Of a stretch of 64,000 bases of DNA, positions 19,893 to 29,517 are shown in pieces. Source of the stretch: Gemmatimonadales bacterium (GTDB lineage Bacteria; Gemmatimonadota; Gemmatimonadetes; Gemmatimonadales; GWC2-71-9); the NCBI GenBank assembly GCA_035763805.1, contig DASUAL010000092.1, forward strand, positions 26,386-90,385, in the 5' to 3' direction. A model generated the notes under the pieces. It was not told where the DNA came from. It saw only the letters and a list, made by a program, of their open reading frames with translations, and did no database searches. Position 1 is the stretch's first letter. Every line of letters begins with the position of its first letter. The translations under genes and the position numbers were made by a program.

Positions 19893-19944
19893 GGGACGGT
19901 CCTGGAGGGGACGCCTCCAAGATAGTAGCCCAGTCTGTCCTCCG

Positions 19945-19974
19945 CCCCGGCCCCCCCCCGCCCCCCCCGCCCCC
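19945..19974. repeat. Homopolymer C/G tracts (C4, C9, C8, C5 on + strand; G-runs on the sense strand of the flanking - strand genes)
   Basis: 'ccccggcccccccccgccccccccgccccc' between the PAS-gene stop (19984) and the kinase start (19892). Confidence 0.9.
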
Positions 19975-19983
19975 AGAGGGAGT

Positions 19984-20859
19984 TCAGCCGCGGGCGCGAG
20001 CCCCCCGAACGAGCGTGGGCTGGAGGTCGGTGATGTCCCGCAGCGTCGCGACCGTGCCGATCAGCTGTCCTGCCACCACCAGCCGCGTCGTCACGACGGC
20101 GACCGCGCGCTCCTTGCCATCGGCCCGCGCCACGGTGGTTTCGAAGCGCTGCTCCTCGCCGCCGAGCGCGAGACGCTCCCGTTCGGCCACCTCCTGGCGC
20201 TGCCCGGGGGCGACGAGCTCGTCGATCGCCGTGCCCGGCAGACCGCCCGGCCGGTGGCCGAACAGCTCGGTGGCGGCGCGGCTCGCCATGAGAACGCTGC
20301 GATCGAGTGCCGTTACCACGACGGCCTCGGGAAGGGCGGCCACGATCACCCCGGCCAATTGTAGCGCGTCAAGCTCGTGGCTCGGTCCCATGAACGTCGG
20401 TCGTGCACGGGGTTGGCGCAGTCGCCAGCTGGGCCGCGCCATGACCGTTATGTGACCTTCCTGTTCGACGCAGCGCAGGCGCGTGATTGGGTCACTCCGC
20501 AGTCTGGCGGCAACATGGTGACGCTCGAGCGCGGCGATGATTTCCTCAACGCGGTAGTGGTGGAAGACTGCCTGAGAGATCAGCAAGGAGGGGGAGGGGT
20601 CACCCTGCTCGACGCGGAATAGACAGGCCTCGGCGCTGCGATCCTCGGTCACCCGCGTCTTCGCCCGAGGGAACTGCTCGCGCATCCACTGGGCCATTCG
20701 GTCGACGGATGCCTTCACGTCGACCTGGACGTGCGCGCGATCGAGCCGCGGCTGGCTTTCATCAGCGAGCCGCGCTGGCCCTGCATCCACTGCTTCTTCT
20801 CGGTTGGCGCGCAGCATCCAAGGGCTCGAGTGCGTGCTAACAACGGGCTTGGGGCGCAA
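19984..20859 (-). CDS. PAS-domain protein (C-terminal PAS, unknown N-terminal domain)
   Basis: 'LPEAVVVTALDRSVLMASRAATELFGHRPGGLPGTAIDELV..GKERAVAVVTTRLVVAGQLIGTVATLRDITD'. Start uncertain (several in-frame Met). Confidence 0.55.
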   Translation of the reverse strand: MRPKPVVSTHSSPWMLRANREEAVDAGPARLADESQPRLDRAHVQVDVKASVDRMAQWMREQFPRAKTRVTEDRSAEACLFRVEQGDPSPSLLISQAVFHHYRVEEIIAALERHHVAARLRSDPITRLRCVEQEGHITVMARPSWRLRQPRARPTFMGPSHELDALQLAGVIVAALPEAVVVTALDRSVLMASRAATELFGHRPGGLPGTAIDELVAPGQRQEVAERERLALGGEEQRFETTVARADGKERAVAVVTTRLVVAGQLIGTVATLRDITDLQPTLVRGARARG

Positions 20860-21065
20860 ATCCTGTGCCCGCTGCGTCTTAGGCGTTTAGGCCCCGGATA
20901 GGGGGCGCTCAGGCATTATTCGCGCTCACATGTAGCAATCATGCAACACTATCGTCTGAGTTTTCCACACGGAAAGTTCAAAACCCACCACCACTGTCAC
21001 TCTCGGCCCGTCCCCAATTCGGCCCTGCAAGCGCCTGTCGTCGAAGCGGTTAGTGGATCCGGAAC

Positions 21066-21094
21066 TTGACAGGTCAGCGGCGCCGTTCTACAGT
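21066..21094 (+). promoter_or_regulatory. Sigma-70-like promoter candidate (TTGACA - 17 nt - TACAGT)
   Basis: Perfect -35 hexamer at 21066-21071, 17-nt spacer, -10-like TACAGT at 21089-21094. Lies in a locally AT-richer intergenic region. Confidence 0.35.
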
Positions 21095-21201
21095 GCGTTG
21101 GAGCTTATGGCCGTCGAACTACACTGCCTAGCCACATGACTCTGCCCAATTGCCGGTGGGGCCCCTAGAACAGCCAGCCCCCTGGGCGGTACGATGGTGT
21201 G

Positions 21202-21247
21202 CCAACGCCCCCCCCGGAGCTGGTTCCGGGGGGGGCGTTGGGTTTCT
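21202..21247 (+). terminator. Strong stem-loop (16-bp perfect stem) + GTTTCT, 28 nt upstream of the HAD gene start: attenuator/terminator-like
   Basis: 'ccaacgccccccccgg' 21202-21217 pairs perfectly with 'ccggggggggcgttgg' 21226-21241. Loop is agctggtt, followed by gtttct. Confidence 0.5.
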
Positions 21248-21275
21248 AGGGGACTCACGACTCGAGGAAGGACTG

Positions 21276-22076
21276 ATGAAACGATATCTGCTGGCGAGCG
21301 ACTTCGACCAAACATTGAGCTTCAACGATTCGGGCATCGTGCTGAGCGAGCTGCTCGGGATCTCGGGCTTCCGAGACAGGGTCGCGGGACTGTCTTCCAT
21401 CCACCTCGTCCAGCAGGGGGCTGAGCTGGCGTATCTGCTGCTTCACGATCCGGAGTATCGTCGCGTGCGGCGGGAGCATCTGCTCGAGGTGGGAAAACGA
21501 GTTCGTCTGAAGCAGAACCTCGGCTTGCTATCGCGGCTGCTCGGCGAACTCGATGGCTACAGCTTTGCCTTCTACGTCATATCGGCCGCGCCCGAAGAGG
21601 TGATCCAGTCGGCCCTGGAGGGTATCGTTCTTCCGGATCACATCTACGGGACGCAGTTCCGCTACGATGCCGCGTCCGGCGAGATCCAGTCCATCGTGCG
21701 GGTCCCGGCCGGCTACGGCAAGGTGGCTGTGCTCGAGGAGCTACGCGCCAAGCTGCCGGTGAGCCACGACCGCGTCATTTACGTCGGCGACGGTGGCTCG
21801 GACGTTCACGTCATGCTCCACGTCAACCGTCTGAACGGATTCACGATCGCCGTGTCGGAGGCCCAGTACCTCACCCCGATCGCGAAGCGCACCGTGCTGA
21901 GCGACGACGCGCTCAGCGTGCTCGTGCCGATCCTCGAGGAGATCGCCGGGCACGACGCCGCCGCGATTCACGCGTTGTTCGAGTCCCACGGGTTCGTGCT
22001 TCAGGAGTGGAACAAGGTTCGCACGGACCTCCTGACCATCCGCGAGAACGACGCGGCGCCGCCGCTGGTCGCCTGA
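21276..22076 (+). CDS. HAD-superfamily hydrolase (phosphoserine-phosphatase-like)
   Basis: RBS 'gaggaagga' precedes ATG 21276. Motif I '[11 protein letters not shown]', motif IV '[12 protein letters not shown]'. Confidence 0.7.
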   Translation: MKRYLLASDFDQTLSFNDSGIVLSELLGISGFRDRVAGLSSIHLVQQGAELAYLLLHDPEYRRVRREHLLEVGKRVRLKQNLGLLSRLLGELDGYSFAFYVISAAPEEVIQSALEGIVLPDHIYGTQFRYDAASGEIQSIVRVPAGYGKVAVLEELRAKLPVSHDRVIYVGDGGSDVHVMLHVNRLNGFTIAVSEAQYLTPIAKRTVLSDDALSVLVPILEEIAGHDAAAIHALFESHGFVLQEWNKVRTDLLTIRENDAAPPLVA

Positions 22077-22168
22077 ACGAGGTACGCATCCGCCCTGAAG
22101 AGGGGTGACGGCTGTCACCGGACGAGCCCGGGAGAATCCCCAACCTTTTGCGTGAGGGAGGTTCTCCT

Positions 22169-22519
22169 ATGATCCGTACACAATGGGCCCGGCTCCGGGC
22201 CGAAGGCAGCGTACCGCTGCGGCGCGGCGCCTGGTACCGCGTGCTGCGGGTGACCGCTTCCGACGCGATTCTCAACGTGCATGAACGCAGCGTCAACGTT
22301 CCGCTCGGCATGCTGCAGATGGCGTCTCGACCGCCGACCGTGTGGGCGATCGTGCCGCGCCCGGCGAACTCTCGGGTGCCGCAGAGCTGGGGTCCCCGCT
22401 ATGCCGTGTGCCCGCACTGCCATGCGCGGGCTCGGCTCCCCCAAGGACCCGTGAACATGCGTTGTAGCCGCTGCAATGGCGTGTTCGACGTCGGGTGGGG
22501 GGATTCGTATTTCGCGTAG
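22169..22519 (+). CDS. Hypothetical protein with C-terminal zinc ribbon
   Basis: RBS 'gagggagg' precedes ATG 22169. 'CPHCHARARLPQGPVNMRCSRCNG' (CxxC..CxxC). Confidence 0.5.
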   Translation: MIRTQWARLRAEGSVPLRRGAWYRVLRVTASDAILNVHERSVNVPLGMLQMASRPPTVWAIVPRPANSRVPQSWGPRYAVCPHCHARARLPQGPVNMRCSRCNGVFDVGWGDSYFA

Positions 22520-22573
22520 TGGCGGCCGGCGGCGGAGCGGTGCAAGTTGTCGCACCGTTTCGCGGGGACTGTC

Positions 22574-23938
22574 ATGCGCTGGGCTGTGATTCCTCTCGTC
22601 CTGCTCCTCGCGGCACCGCTCGGCGCCCAGGAGCGCATCGTCGTGTTCACGAATGTCAGCGTGGCTCCCATGGACCGCGAGCGCCTGCTCGACGATCAGA
22701 CCGTCGTGGTGCGCGGCGACCGCATCGCCGAGATCGGCCCGGCGGCCGCCATTCGTGCGCCCGCGGGCGCCGTGCGCGTAAACGCGCGCGGCAAATATCT
22801 CATCCCGGGCCTCGCCGAGATGCACGCGCACGTGCCCGGGCCTCAGGCCGAGCAGCAGCTCGGCGCGGGGTACGCTGAGCGCGTGCTGTTCCTGTATCTC
22901 GCGAACGGCGTGACGACGATTCGCGGCATGCTGGGACACCCCACGCACCTCGTGTTGCGCGAGCGGCTGCGGCGCCACGAGTTGCTCGGGCCCACCCTGT
23001 ACACCTCCGGGCCGTCGTTCAACGGCGGCAGCGCGCCCGATCCCGAGACTGCGCGGCGTATGGTGGTGGAGCAGCGGGCGGCGGGCTACGACTTCCTGAA
23101 GATCCACCCCGGGCTGTCGCGCGAGACGTTCGACGCGCTGGCCCGCACGGCGGACAGCGTGGGGATCCGGTTCGCGGGCCACGTACCGGCCGCGGTGGGG
23201 CTCGACCGGGCACTCGCGGCCCGCTACGCCTCGATCGATCACCTGGACGGCTACGTCGAGCGGCTCGCCGGGTGGAGCCCCGGGGGCGAGCCGGCAGGAT
23301 TCTTCGGTTTCCTCCTCACTGACCGGGTCGACACCGCGGGGATGTTCGAGCTGGCGCGGCGCACCCGCGAGGCAGGAGTGTGGAACGTGCCGACTCAGGC
23401 ACTGATGGACGGGTTCGTGAGTCCCGAGAACCCTGAGACTCTGGGGCGGCGACCGGAGCTGCGCTATCTGTCGAAGGCACTCGTGGCGCAGTGGGTGCAG
23501 GCGAAACGCAACGCGCAGGCGCAGCCCGGCTACGACCGGGACCGCGCGCGGCGCTTCATCGCCCTGCGGGGTCGCCTGATCAAGGCGCTGCACGACGCCG
23601 GCGCCGGGCTGGTGCTCGGGTCCGACGCGCCGCAGGTGATGAACGTTCCCGGCTTTTCGGCGCATCGCGAGCTCGAGGTGCTCGTCGCGGCAGGCCTCAC
23701 GCCGTATCAGGCCCTCGCCACCGGCACCCGCAACGTCGCCGTGTACTTCGGCACGGCCGACCGCGCGGGCACGGTGGAGCCGGGCAAGGTCGCGGACCTC
23801 GTGCTCCTGGACGGGAACCCGCTCGCGGATATCGCGAACACGACGCGGATACGGGGCGTGATGGCGCGCGGGGCGTGGGTGCAGCGGGAAGAGCTCGACC
23901 GGCGGCTCGCGGAGATCGCGGCCGCATGGGGGAACTGA
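22574..23938 (+). CDS. Secreted amidohydrolase-family metallohydrolase
   Basis: Signal 'MRWAVIPLVLLLAAPLGAQE'. 'PGLAEMHAHV' (HxH), 'AGHVP', 'SIDHL', 'LVLGSDAP'. Confidence 0.8.
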   Translation: MRWAVIPLVLLLAAPLGAQERIVVFTNVSVAPMDRERLLDDQTVVVRGDRIAEIGPAAAIRAPAGAVRVNARGKYLIPGLAEMHAHVPGPQAEQQLGAGYAERVLFLYLANGVTTIRGMLGHPTHLVLRERLRRHELLGPTLYTSGPSFNGGSAPDPETARRMVVEQRAAGYDFLKIHPGLSRETFDALARTADSVGIRFAGHVPAAVGLDRALAARYASIDHLDGYVERLAGWSPGGEPAGFFGFLLTDRVDTAGMFELARRTREAGVWNVPTQALMDGFVSPENPETLGRRPELRYLSKALVAQWVQAKRNAQAQPGYDRDRARRFIALRGRLIKALHDAGAGLVLGSDAPQVMNVPGFSAHRELEVLVAAGLTPYQALATGTRNVAVYFGTADRAGTVEPGKVADLVLLDGNPLADIANTTRIRGVMARGAWVQREELDRRLAEIAAAWGN

Positions 23939-23940
23939 GC

Positions 23941-25506
23941 CTACCGCCGTTGGGCCGCCCGCTGGTGCAGCTCCCGCACGGTGCCAATCGTGTCGGCATC
24001 GGCAGGCCCCTTGTCGGGGCGGTAGCGCTTGACGCGAGCGAAGCGTAGCGCCAGGCCTCCCGGATACTGCGGGCTCTCCTGGATGTCGTTGAACGCCACC
24101 TCCACCACGAGCTCGGGCCGCACGTAAACCGTGTGAGCGTCGCGCGTGCGCTCGCGCTGGAGCAGCTCCCTCGTCTGCCAGGCGAGCATCTCATCCGTCA
24201 TCCCTTTGAACGTCTTGCCCAGCATCACGAAACCGCCCCCGCCCCCCTCCGAGTCGCGCGCCCCGAGGTGGAGGTTGGAGAGCCAACCGCGCCGGCGGCC
24301 GTGGCCCCACTCCGCCGCCAGCACCACGAGGTCGAGCGTGTGCGCAGGCTTCACCTTAAGCCACGCCGCCCCGCGCGCCCCCGCCTCGTAACCCGCGCCC
24401 AGGGCCTTCGCCATGAGGCCCTCATGGCCGGCGGCGATCGCCCGGTCGAAGAACGTTTGCGCCTCGCCCCGCTCAGCCGTCACGATGCGCGGCACGCGGG
24501 CGGCGGCCGGGACGACCCGGGCGAGCACCTCGAAGCGACCGGCGTAGGGCTCGTCCAAGAGCGCGGCGCCGTCGGCGTAGAGGACGTCGAAGAAGAACGA
24601 CGCGAGGGGCAGCTCGGCGCGCAGGCGGTCCACGTCCAGCTTGCGCCCGAAGCGGCGCATGGTCACCTGAAACGGAAGAGGGGAGCCGTCCGACCGCAGG
24701 ACGATGGCCTCGCCGTCGAGGATTGCCTCACGCACGGGAAGGCGGCGCACCGGTTCCACCACCTCGGGCACGGCCTCCGTCACGTCGTTCAGCTGGCGTG
24801 AAAACACGCGAACCTCGTCTCCCGCCTTATGCACCTGAATTCGGGCGCCGTCGAGCTTGTACTCGAACGCGGCCTCGCCGACGCGCCTGAGGGCGTCTGC
24901 GACATCGTCCGCAGCCTGGGCGAGCATCGGCTGGAGCGGGCGGAGCAGCTGGACGCGGAAGCGCGCGAGCCCCGCGGCGCCCTCGGTGAGCGCGGCGCGC
25001 GCTACGGCACCGAGGTCGCCCGCGAGCATGGCGGCGCGACGGACGGCGTTGGGGTCGAGCTCAGCGGCGCGCGCCACCGCCTCGGTGACAAGCCCCTCAA
25101 GGGCACCCTGGCGCAGCTCGCCCATCAGGAGACGGACCAGGAACTCCTGCTCTTCGGGGGCCGCGCGCCCCAGGAGCTCGGCGAGCAGCCGCTCCTTTGC
25201 CTGGGCCGACCCTTTGCCCGTCGTCGTCGCCAGGCGCTCGAGGGCCGCGTCCGTCTCGGCGAGCTCGAGGGTTCCCCGGGACCCCGCATCGCCGCCAGCC
25301 GCCCGGGAGGTTCGTGCAGCGGCCAGGGTGGCGTAGCCGATGCCGAGTCTCCCCTGGCGCGGCGCGCCCGAGAGAATACCGATCGCGATCTCGATCTCTT
25401 CCGGAGTCGTGCGTTTCAAGAGCGCCGCGAGCAGCCCGGTCTTTGCGATCCGGCCACTCGTCTCGGCGACCTGACGGGAAGTCTGAACGACGTCTTGGAG
25501 GCGCAC
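23941..25506 (-). CDS. ATP-dependent DNA ligase (three-domain, LigB/Lig1-like)
   Basis: Adenylation motif I 'FEYKLDGARIQVH', 'EGLMAK', 'WLKVK'. N-terminal DNA-binding-domain-like helices. Confidence 0.85.
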   Translation of the reverse strand: MRLQDVVQTSRQVAETSGRIAKTGLLAALLKRTTPEEIEIAIGILSGAPRQGRLGIGYATLAAARTSRAAGGDAGSRGTLELAETDAALERLATTTGKGSAQAKERLLAELLGRAAPEEQEFLVRLLMGELRQGALEGLVTEAVARAAELDPNAVRRAAMLAGDLGAVARAALTEGAAGLARFRVQLLRPLQPMLAQAADDVADALRRVGEAAFEYKLDGARIQVHKAGDEVRVFSRQLNDVTEAVPEVVEPVRRLPVREAILDGEAIVLRSDGSPLPFQVTMRRFGRKLDVDRLRAELPLASFFFDVLYADGAALLDEPYAGRFEVLARVVPAAARVPRIVTAERGEAQTFFDRAIAAGHEGLMAKALGAGYEAGARGAAWLKVKPAHTLDLVVLAAEWGHGRRRGWLSNLHLGARDSEGGGGGFVMLGKTFKGMTDEMLAWQTRELLQRERTRDAHTVYVRPELVVEVAFNDIQESPQYPGGLALRFARVKRYRPDKGPADADTIGTVRELHQRAAQRR

Positions 25507-25528
25507 GCGCGATGAATCCGGGCGGGGA

Positions 25529-25912
25529 TCAGCCGAACAGCGCGTCGAGCTGCACGACTATCCAGCGCACGGCCGCGAGCGGCCAGAGATACGCGCCGAA
25601 CAACTCGTGCAGGGGCGAGGCGTAGGCCCAGTCCCCCATGGCCTGCCGCACGTGTTGCAAGCCGTCGTCCACCGCGATGAGCGCCGCGACCAGGAGCAGC
25701 CAGGGGTGGCGCCGCCAGGCGGCCCAGCCGGCGAGGGCGAGCCCGAGGTACAGGTGGTGCCACTCGTCGAGCCGCACCGGCCGGTGCCCAGCGGTCCCCT
25801 GCTGGGATGCGGCCCAGGCCACGGCGCCGCTCGCAATGGCGATCCCGGCGGCGGCGAGGCGCGCGACCGCTTTCAGAACCAGAAGCCCTTCCGAACGCCC
25901 AAACCCCACCCG
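25529..25912 (-). CDS. Small integral membrane protein (hypothetical)
   Basis: Hydrophobic helices 'AVARLAAAGIAIASGAVAWAA', 'HLYLGLALAGWAAW', 'WLLLVAALIAV'. Start unclear (GTG 25912 or later non-ATG). The Arg-rich upstream part of the ORF overlaps the Omp85 gene. Confidence 0.4.
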   Translation of the reverse strand, partial: RVGFGRSEGLLVLKAVARLAAAGIAIASGAVAWAASQQGTAGHRPVRLDEWHHLYLGLALAGWAAWRRHPWLLLVAALIAVDDGLQHVRQAMGDWAYASPLHELFGAYLWPLAAVRWIVVQLDALFG

Positions 25913-27432
25913 GACCGCGGCGTGGCGCTCCCGAAGCGGTAGCCCATGGCGAGCTCCGTGACGTCGCTCGCGGCGAAGCGGAGCGGGACGAGACGCACGG
26001 CGAGCCCGGCGTTGCCGCCCGCCGCCTCTCGCCCGGTCGCGTCGCGGGCCCGCGCGTACTCGACGAACGGCGCCACGCCTACCCCGAGCAGCCCGGCGAG
26101 CGACTCCCTTACCACCACCCGATCCTCGACGAGCGTCCACCAGATGCTCGACCCGATGAATGCATGCGGCGCGAAGAGGCGCGGCCCCCGCTGCTCGAAC
26201 CAGAGGTCGTACGCCCCGGGCGGCCGGAGCCCGAGCATGCGACCGGCCTCACCGTGCACGATGAGCGTGTGGCCGCCGCGCCCGGTGACCACGGTAACCC
26301 GCGCGCGGGCCTGCCCTGAGTCGAGCGCTCCGGCAGCGTAGCCGCCCCAGGCGTCGAGCTGCAGGGCGGCGTGGCCCGCGGGCCATTGGGCACCGACCCG
26401 CGACCGCAGCTCGATGCCCACGCCGGCGCGCTCGGCGGGGTAGCCCCACGCCTGCGGCGCCGCCCAGACGCCGACGCGGACCGCGGGAGAGAGATCGACG
26501 TACTCGGGGCGGCCGTACGTGTTCAAGCGACGCGTGGTGCGAAACCGGATTGTCGCCAGCTCGAGGCCCGCGCCCGCCGTGGCGGACGTCCCGACGATGT
26601 ACGGATCGGTGGCGGTAGCGGACCAGCCTTCCTGGCGCCAACGGGCCCCCGCCCACAGCCGCACGAACCCCCGGCTCGTCGCGTGGGGCGCGTAGGCGAT
26701 GGTCGCGCGGAGCCGCACGGCGCGCGCGCGGGAGCCGGCCTCGCTGGTGCGCTCGCCGAAGATCAGCACTCGCTCTTCCACGGCTTCCCCATCGAGCGTC
26801 GCGGAGTGCCGTGCGGCCGCCTCGCGGAACGGCAGCCCCACGAGCCAGGCGGCGTGGCGGCCGTTCGAGAGGCGCGCGTAGCGGGCCCAGACGATCGACC
26901 CAGGGAAGCCGAGGTGGCGGGTGGAGTACTGCAGCGCGACCGCGCCGCGGTCGGGGGTCGAGCGGTAAGAGGCGAAGAGCTGGCTCGCGGTGCCGAGGAA
27001 GTTGGCGTCGAACACGCCGGCCTCCCACGTCGTGTGCGAGCCGATGCGGGTGTAGTCGGCCACCGGCCGGGCGCTCCAGCCGTCGGCGGTGGCGACGCGC
27101 AGGGCGAGCAGGCCGTCGGGCCCGAGGCGCACGGTGTCGAGCCGCACGGCGCGGAACACGCCCAGCTCCCACAGGGCGCGCTCGCTCTCGGCGACCCGCG
27201 CGGAATCGTAGCAGTCGCCGGCGCGCACGAACATCGTCCGGCGGATGACGCCGGGACGGGTGGGGATGTGGAGCGCTGCGGTGAGGCCGCCGCCGGAGAC
27301 GCCGGCGCTCTCGATCACGACGGTGTCGATCGTCGCCGCGGCGCGGCATTGCGCCGTACCGGTACCGGGTGCGGCCACGAGCGCCAGGCCCGCGGCGAGG
27401 CAAGCGTCAGCGGTCCCCGGGTGTACGCGCAC
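25873..27432 (-). CDS. Omp85/BamA-family outer-membrane protein (POTRA + surface-antigen barrel)
   Basis: GTG start overlapping the preceding stop by 1 nt. Signal-like N-terminus. POTRA-like 'TMFVRAGDCYDSARVAESERALWELGVFRAV'. Barrel-like alternating sequence ending 'GLGVRKGFWF'. Confidence 0.7.
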   Translation of the reverse strand: MRVHPGTADACLAAGLALVAAPGTGTAQCRAAATIDTVVIESAGVSGGGLTAALHIPTRPGVIRRTMFVRAGDCYDSARVAESERALWELGVFRAVRLDTVRLGPDGLLALRVATADGWSARPVADYTRIGSHTTWEAGVFDANFLGTASQLFASYRSTPDRGAVALQYSTRHLGFPGSIVWARYARLSNGRHAAWLVGLPFREAAARHSATLDGEAVEERVLIFGERTSEAGSRARAVRLRATIAYAPHATSRGFVRLWAGARWRQEGWSATATDPYIVGTSATAGAGLELATIRFRTTRRLNTYGRPEYVDLSPAVRVGVWAAPQAWGYPAERAGVGIELRSRVGAQWPAGHAALQLDAWGGYAAGALDSGQARARVTVVTGRGGHTLIVHGEAGRMLGLRPPGAYDLWFEQRGPRLFAPHAFIGSSIWWTLVEDRVVVRESLAGLLGVGVAPFVEYARARDATGREAAGGNAGLAVRLVPLRFAASDVTELAMGYRFGSATPRSGWGLGVRKGFWF

Positions 27433-28925
27433 TACACCACCTCTCCGAACATGCGCTTGTAGTGGCGGTACCAGTCGCTCTGGAATCTCTCGTCCCGATC
27501 GTAGTGCCGCTTGGCGCGGAGGAACTCAGGGAATTGCGGGTAACACGCCTCCACCTGCTCCCGCGTCGCGAACCGATGATAGGTCAAGAAGTAGCTCCCA
27601 CCGTAGCGCCTCCCCAGGTCGATGAGATGGCGGAACTCCTGCGCCGAGCGCTCCATGCCCTCCGGGCTGTGGACGACGTGCAGGTTGAAGATCACGCACG
27701 CATAGGGCTGCTTGGCCCAGGCGAGGAAACTCTCGTCGTCACGCTCGATGAGGCGGATCGTGCCGTAGATGAGATCGGTCCGGCGCGCGCGGAACCGTTC
27801 ACGCACGTCCGTGAGGAAGCGGGCCAGCGCATCCCGCGGAGCGTACATCTCGGTGATCAGCTCCGTGGCCGGCTCCGACGCACCGAGCCGCGGGGCCAGG
27901 GCGCGATGGTAATCGTCGAGGTAGGTACCAAGCTGGTGCGTGTCCGACCAATAGACCTGTCCCGAGGTGGCGAGGTAGTAGCGCGAATAAGCGTGGAACG
28001 CACGCGTACGATCGGCGTGCGCAAGGTAGATGAGCTCCTTCCAGTCGTCTTCGGACAGTTCTTTCTGTTCCTCCTGCATTGGGGTGCTGGCCGCGACGGG
28101 GCGATAACATGAGAAGACCCCCTTCCGCAGGAAGTCGGGGGAATCGGGGTCCGTGTGGTACTGGAAGTCGCCGTAGGTGAACCCCGCGGCGATGCGCCGC
28201 TCGAACGCCGGCATGAGATCCTCGATCTCCAGGACCTGCACCTGGCGCTGCACCTTTACTCTGGGCGCGAGGCGCAGGCGGACGGACGTGATCACGCCGA
28301 AGAGCCCGTACCCGCCGATCGCGAGTCGAAACAGCTCGGCGTTCTCCTCGCGACTGCACGTGCGGGGGATCCCGTCGGCGTCCACCAGCACGAACGACTC
28401 GACGTCTCCGATGAACGGCTTGAACCGCAGGCCGCGGCCGTGCGCGTTCGCCGCCAGCGCACCGCCGATGCTCAAACGGTCGGCTCCGGTCTGCTTCTGC
28501 CGGATGCCCCACGGCCGCGCCGCCCCTTGCTGCGCGTCCAGCAGATAGCGCATCAGCTCGGGCCACTGGATTCCCGCCTCGACGTCGATCAGGCCGCGGG
28601 CACCGTCGAAACCGAGCACCCGGTTCATCGACCCCATATCGACGAGCGTTGTCCCGGTGCCGAACTGTTGCCCTCCCATGGCGTGCCTGCCGCCCGTGAT
28701 GCTCAGCGGACGGCCCTCCTGCCTGGCGGTCCGGACGACCTCCACCAGCGCCTCGAGGGAGGCCGGCTTCACGACCCGGTGCACCCGGGTGGCGTTCAGC
28801 TGCGAGTGGATGTCGTTGACGACGACGCCGGGCGCCGACCCTTCGCTACCGCAGCCATAGGGTGCTAGCGCGATCGCTGCACCGGCGGTAGCGCCCACCT
28901 CGAGAAACTCACGCCGCGTCAGCAT
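27432..28925 (-). CDS. Tat-exported FAD-binding oxidase (PCMH/vanillyl-alcohol-oxidase-type)
   Basis: 'MLTRREFLEVGATAGAAIALAP' twin-arginine-type signal. 'ITGGRHAMGGQQF', 'GGALAANAHG'. The upstream part of the 657-aa ORF lies in another gene's frame. Confidence 0.8.
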   Translation of the reverse strand: MLTRREFLEVGATAGAAIALAPYGCGSEGSAPGVVVNDIHSQLNATRVHRVVKPASLEALVEVVRTARQEGRPLSITGGRHAMGGQQFGTGTTLVDMGSMNRVLGFDGARGLIDVEAGIQWPELMRYLLDAQQGAARPWGIRQKQTGADRLSIGGALAANAHGRGLRFKPFIGDVESFVLVDADGIPRTCSREENAELFRLAIGGYGLFGVITSVRLRLAPRVKVQRQVQVLEIEDLMPAFERRIAAGFTYGDFQYHTDPDSPDFLRKGVFSCYRPVAASTPMQEEQKELSEDDWKELIYLAHADRTRAFHAYSRYYLATSGQVYWSDTHQLGTYLDDYHRALAPRLGASEPATELITEMYAPRDALARFLTDVRERFRARRTDLIYGTIRLIERDDESFLAWAKQPYACVIFNLHVVHSPEGMERSAQEFRHLIDLGRRYGGSYFLTYHRFATREQVEACYPQFPEFLRAKRHYDRDERFQSDWYRHYKRMFGEVV

Positions 28926-29517
28926 GGAGCCTCCGCAAGCCAAGAAAGAGGAGCCACAGAGCCACTGCTTGGATGAGATGGTACAGCGCGTTGTGATTGA
29001 AGTAAGTGGCGTGCAGCGCGATCCTCGCCTGCTGGACCGCGGCGGCGACGAACATGAGGCCGAGCCCCGCCATGGCGACGAGCATACGCCGCTCCCGCGC
29101 GCGTGCATACGCGACGGACAACATGACCAACAGAAACACGGCCGCAGGGAGATAGAACACGATGGCGGCGCGGAAATCCTGCGTGATGAACAGCGTGAGG
29201 ACGGAATAGCCCGCAAACGCCGCGGCGGCCGCGACCGTGATGCGCCGCGCGGCGGGCGCGGGGAACAGCACTCTCGCCCCGATTGCCCAGGCGCTGAGCG
29301 CCGTGACGCCGATCGCGAGCAGGGTGATGCGCCAGAGGACCGCGTTCCCCAACATTCGGCCGTCCAGGAAGTAGCCGTGGACCGTCCCTCCAGCGAGCGA
29401 TGCAACGGACGCCGACCCGAAGAAGAGGGCGTGCTCTCTACGCTGGACCAGGTAGGCGAACAGGGCGCACTCGATCGCGAGCGCGTAGTCCGTGAGCGCG
29501 ACGTCGGGCTCGGTCAC
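28909..29517 (-). CDS. Integral membrane protein (hypothetical, about 6 helices)
   Basis: GTG 29517 overlaps the upstream stop as GTGA. Helices 'YALAIECALFAYLV', 'ITLLAIGVTALSAWAIG', 'IVFYLPAAVFLLVMLSVAY'. Confidence 0.5.
   Translation of the reverse strand: MTEPDVALTDYALAIECALFAYLVQRREHALFFGSASVASLAGGTVHGYFLDGRMLGNAVLWRITLLAIGVTALSAWAIGARVLFPAPAARRITVAAAAAFAGYSVLTLFITQDFRAAIVFYLPAAVFLLVMLSVAYARARERRMLVAMAGLGLMFVAAAVQQARIALHATYFNHNALYHLIQAVALWLLFLGLRRLHADAA

Noticed and set aside
17040-19925. 961-aa ORF on the + strand, and similar very long ORFs: 22115..23665 -, 3983..5902 -, 38764..40263 -, 45312..47525 +, 47302..49566 +, 41355..42953 +, 43265..44797 +, 35832..36980 -.
   Set aside because: Their translations are Arg/Pro/Gly/Ala/His-rich low-complexity strings with no motifs. 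Each lies antisense or off-frame to an ORF with clear family signatures. Long spurious ORFs are expected at about 70% GC because stop codons are rare.
25913-26140. Arg-rich N-terminal extension of the small membrane protein ORF 25529..26140.
   Set aside because: It overlaps the Omp85 gene's well-patterned C-terminal barrel strands, and its composition (RRGxxRR) is typical of off-frame GC-rich sequence. A later non-ATG start is preferred, with low confidence.
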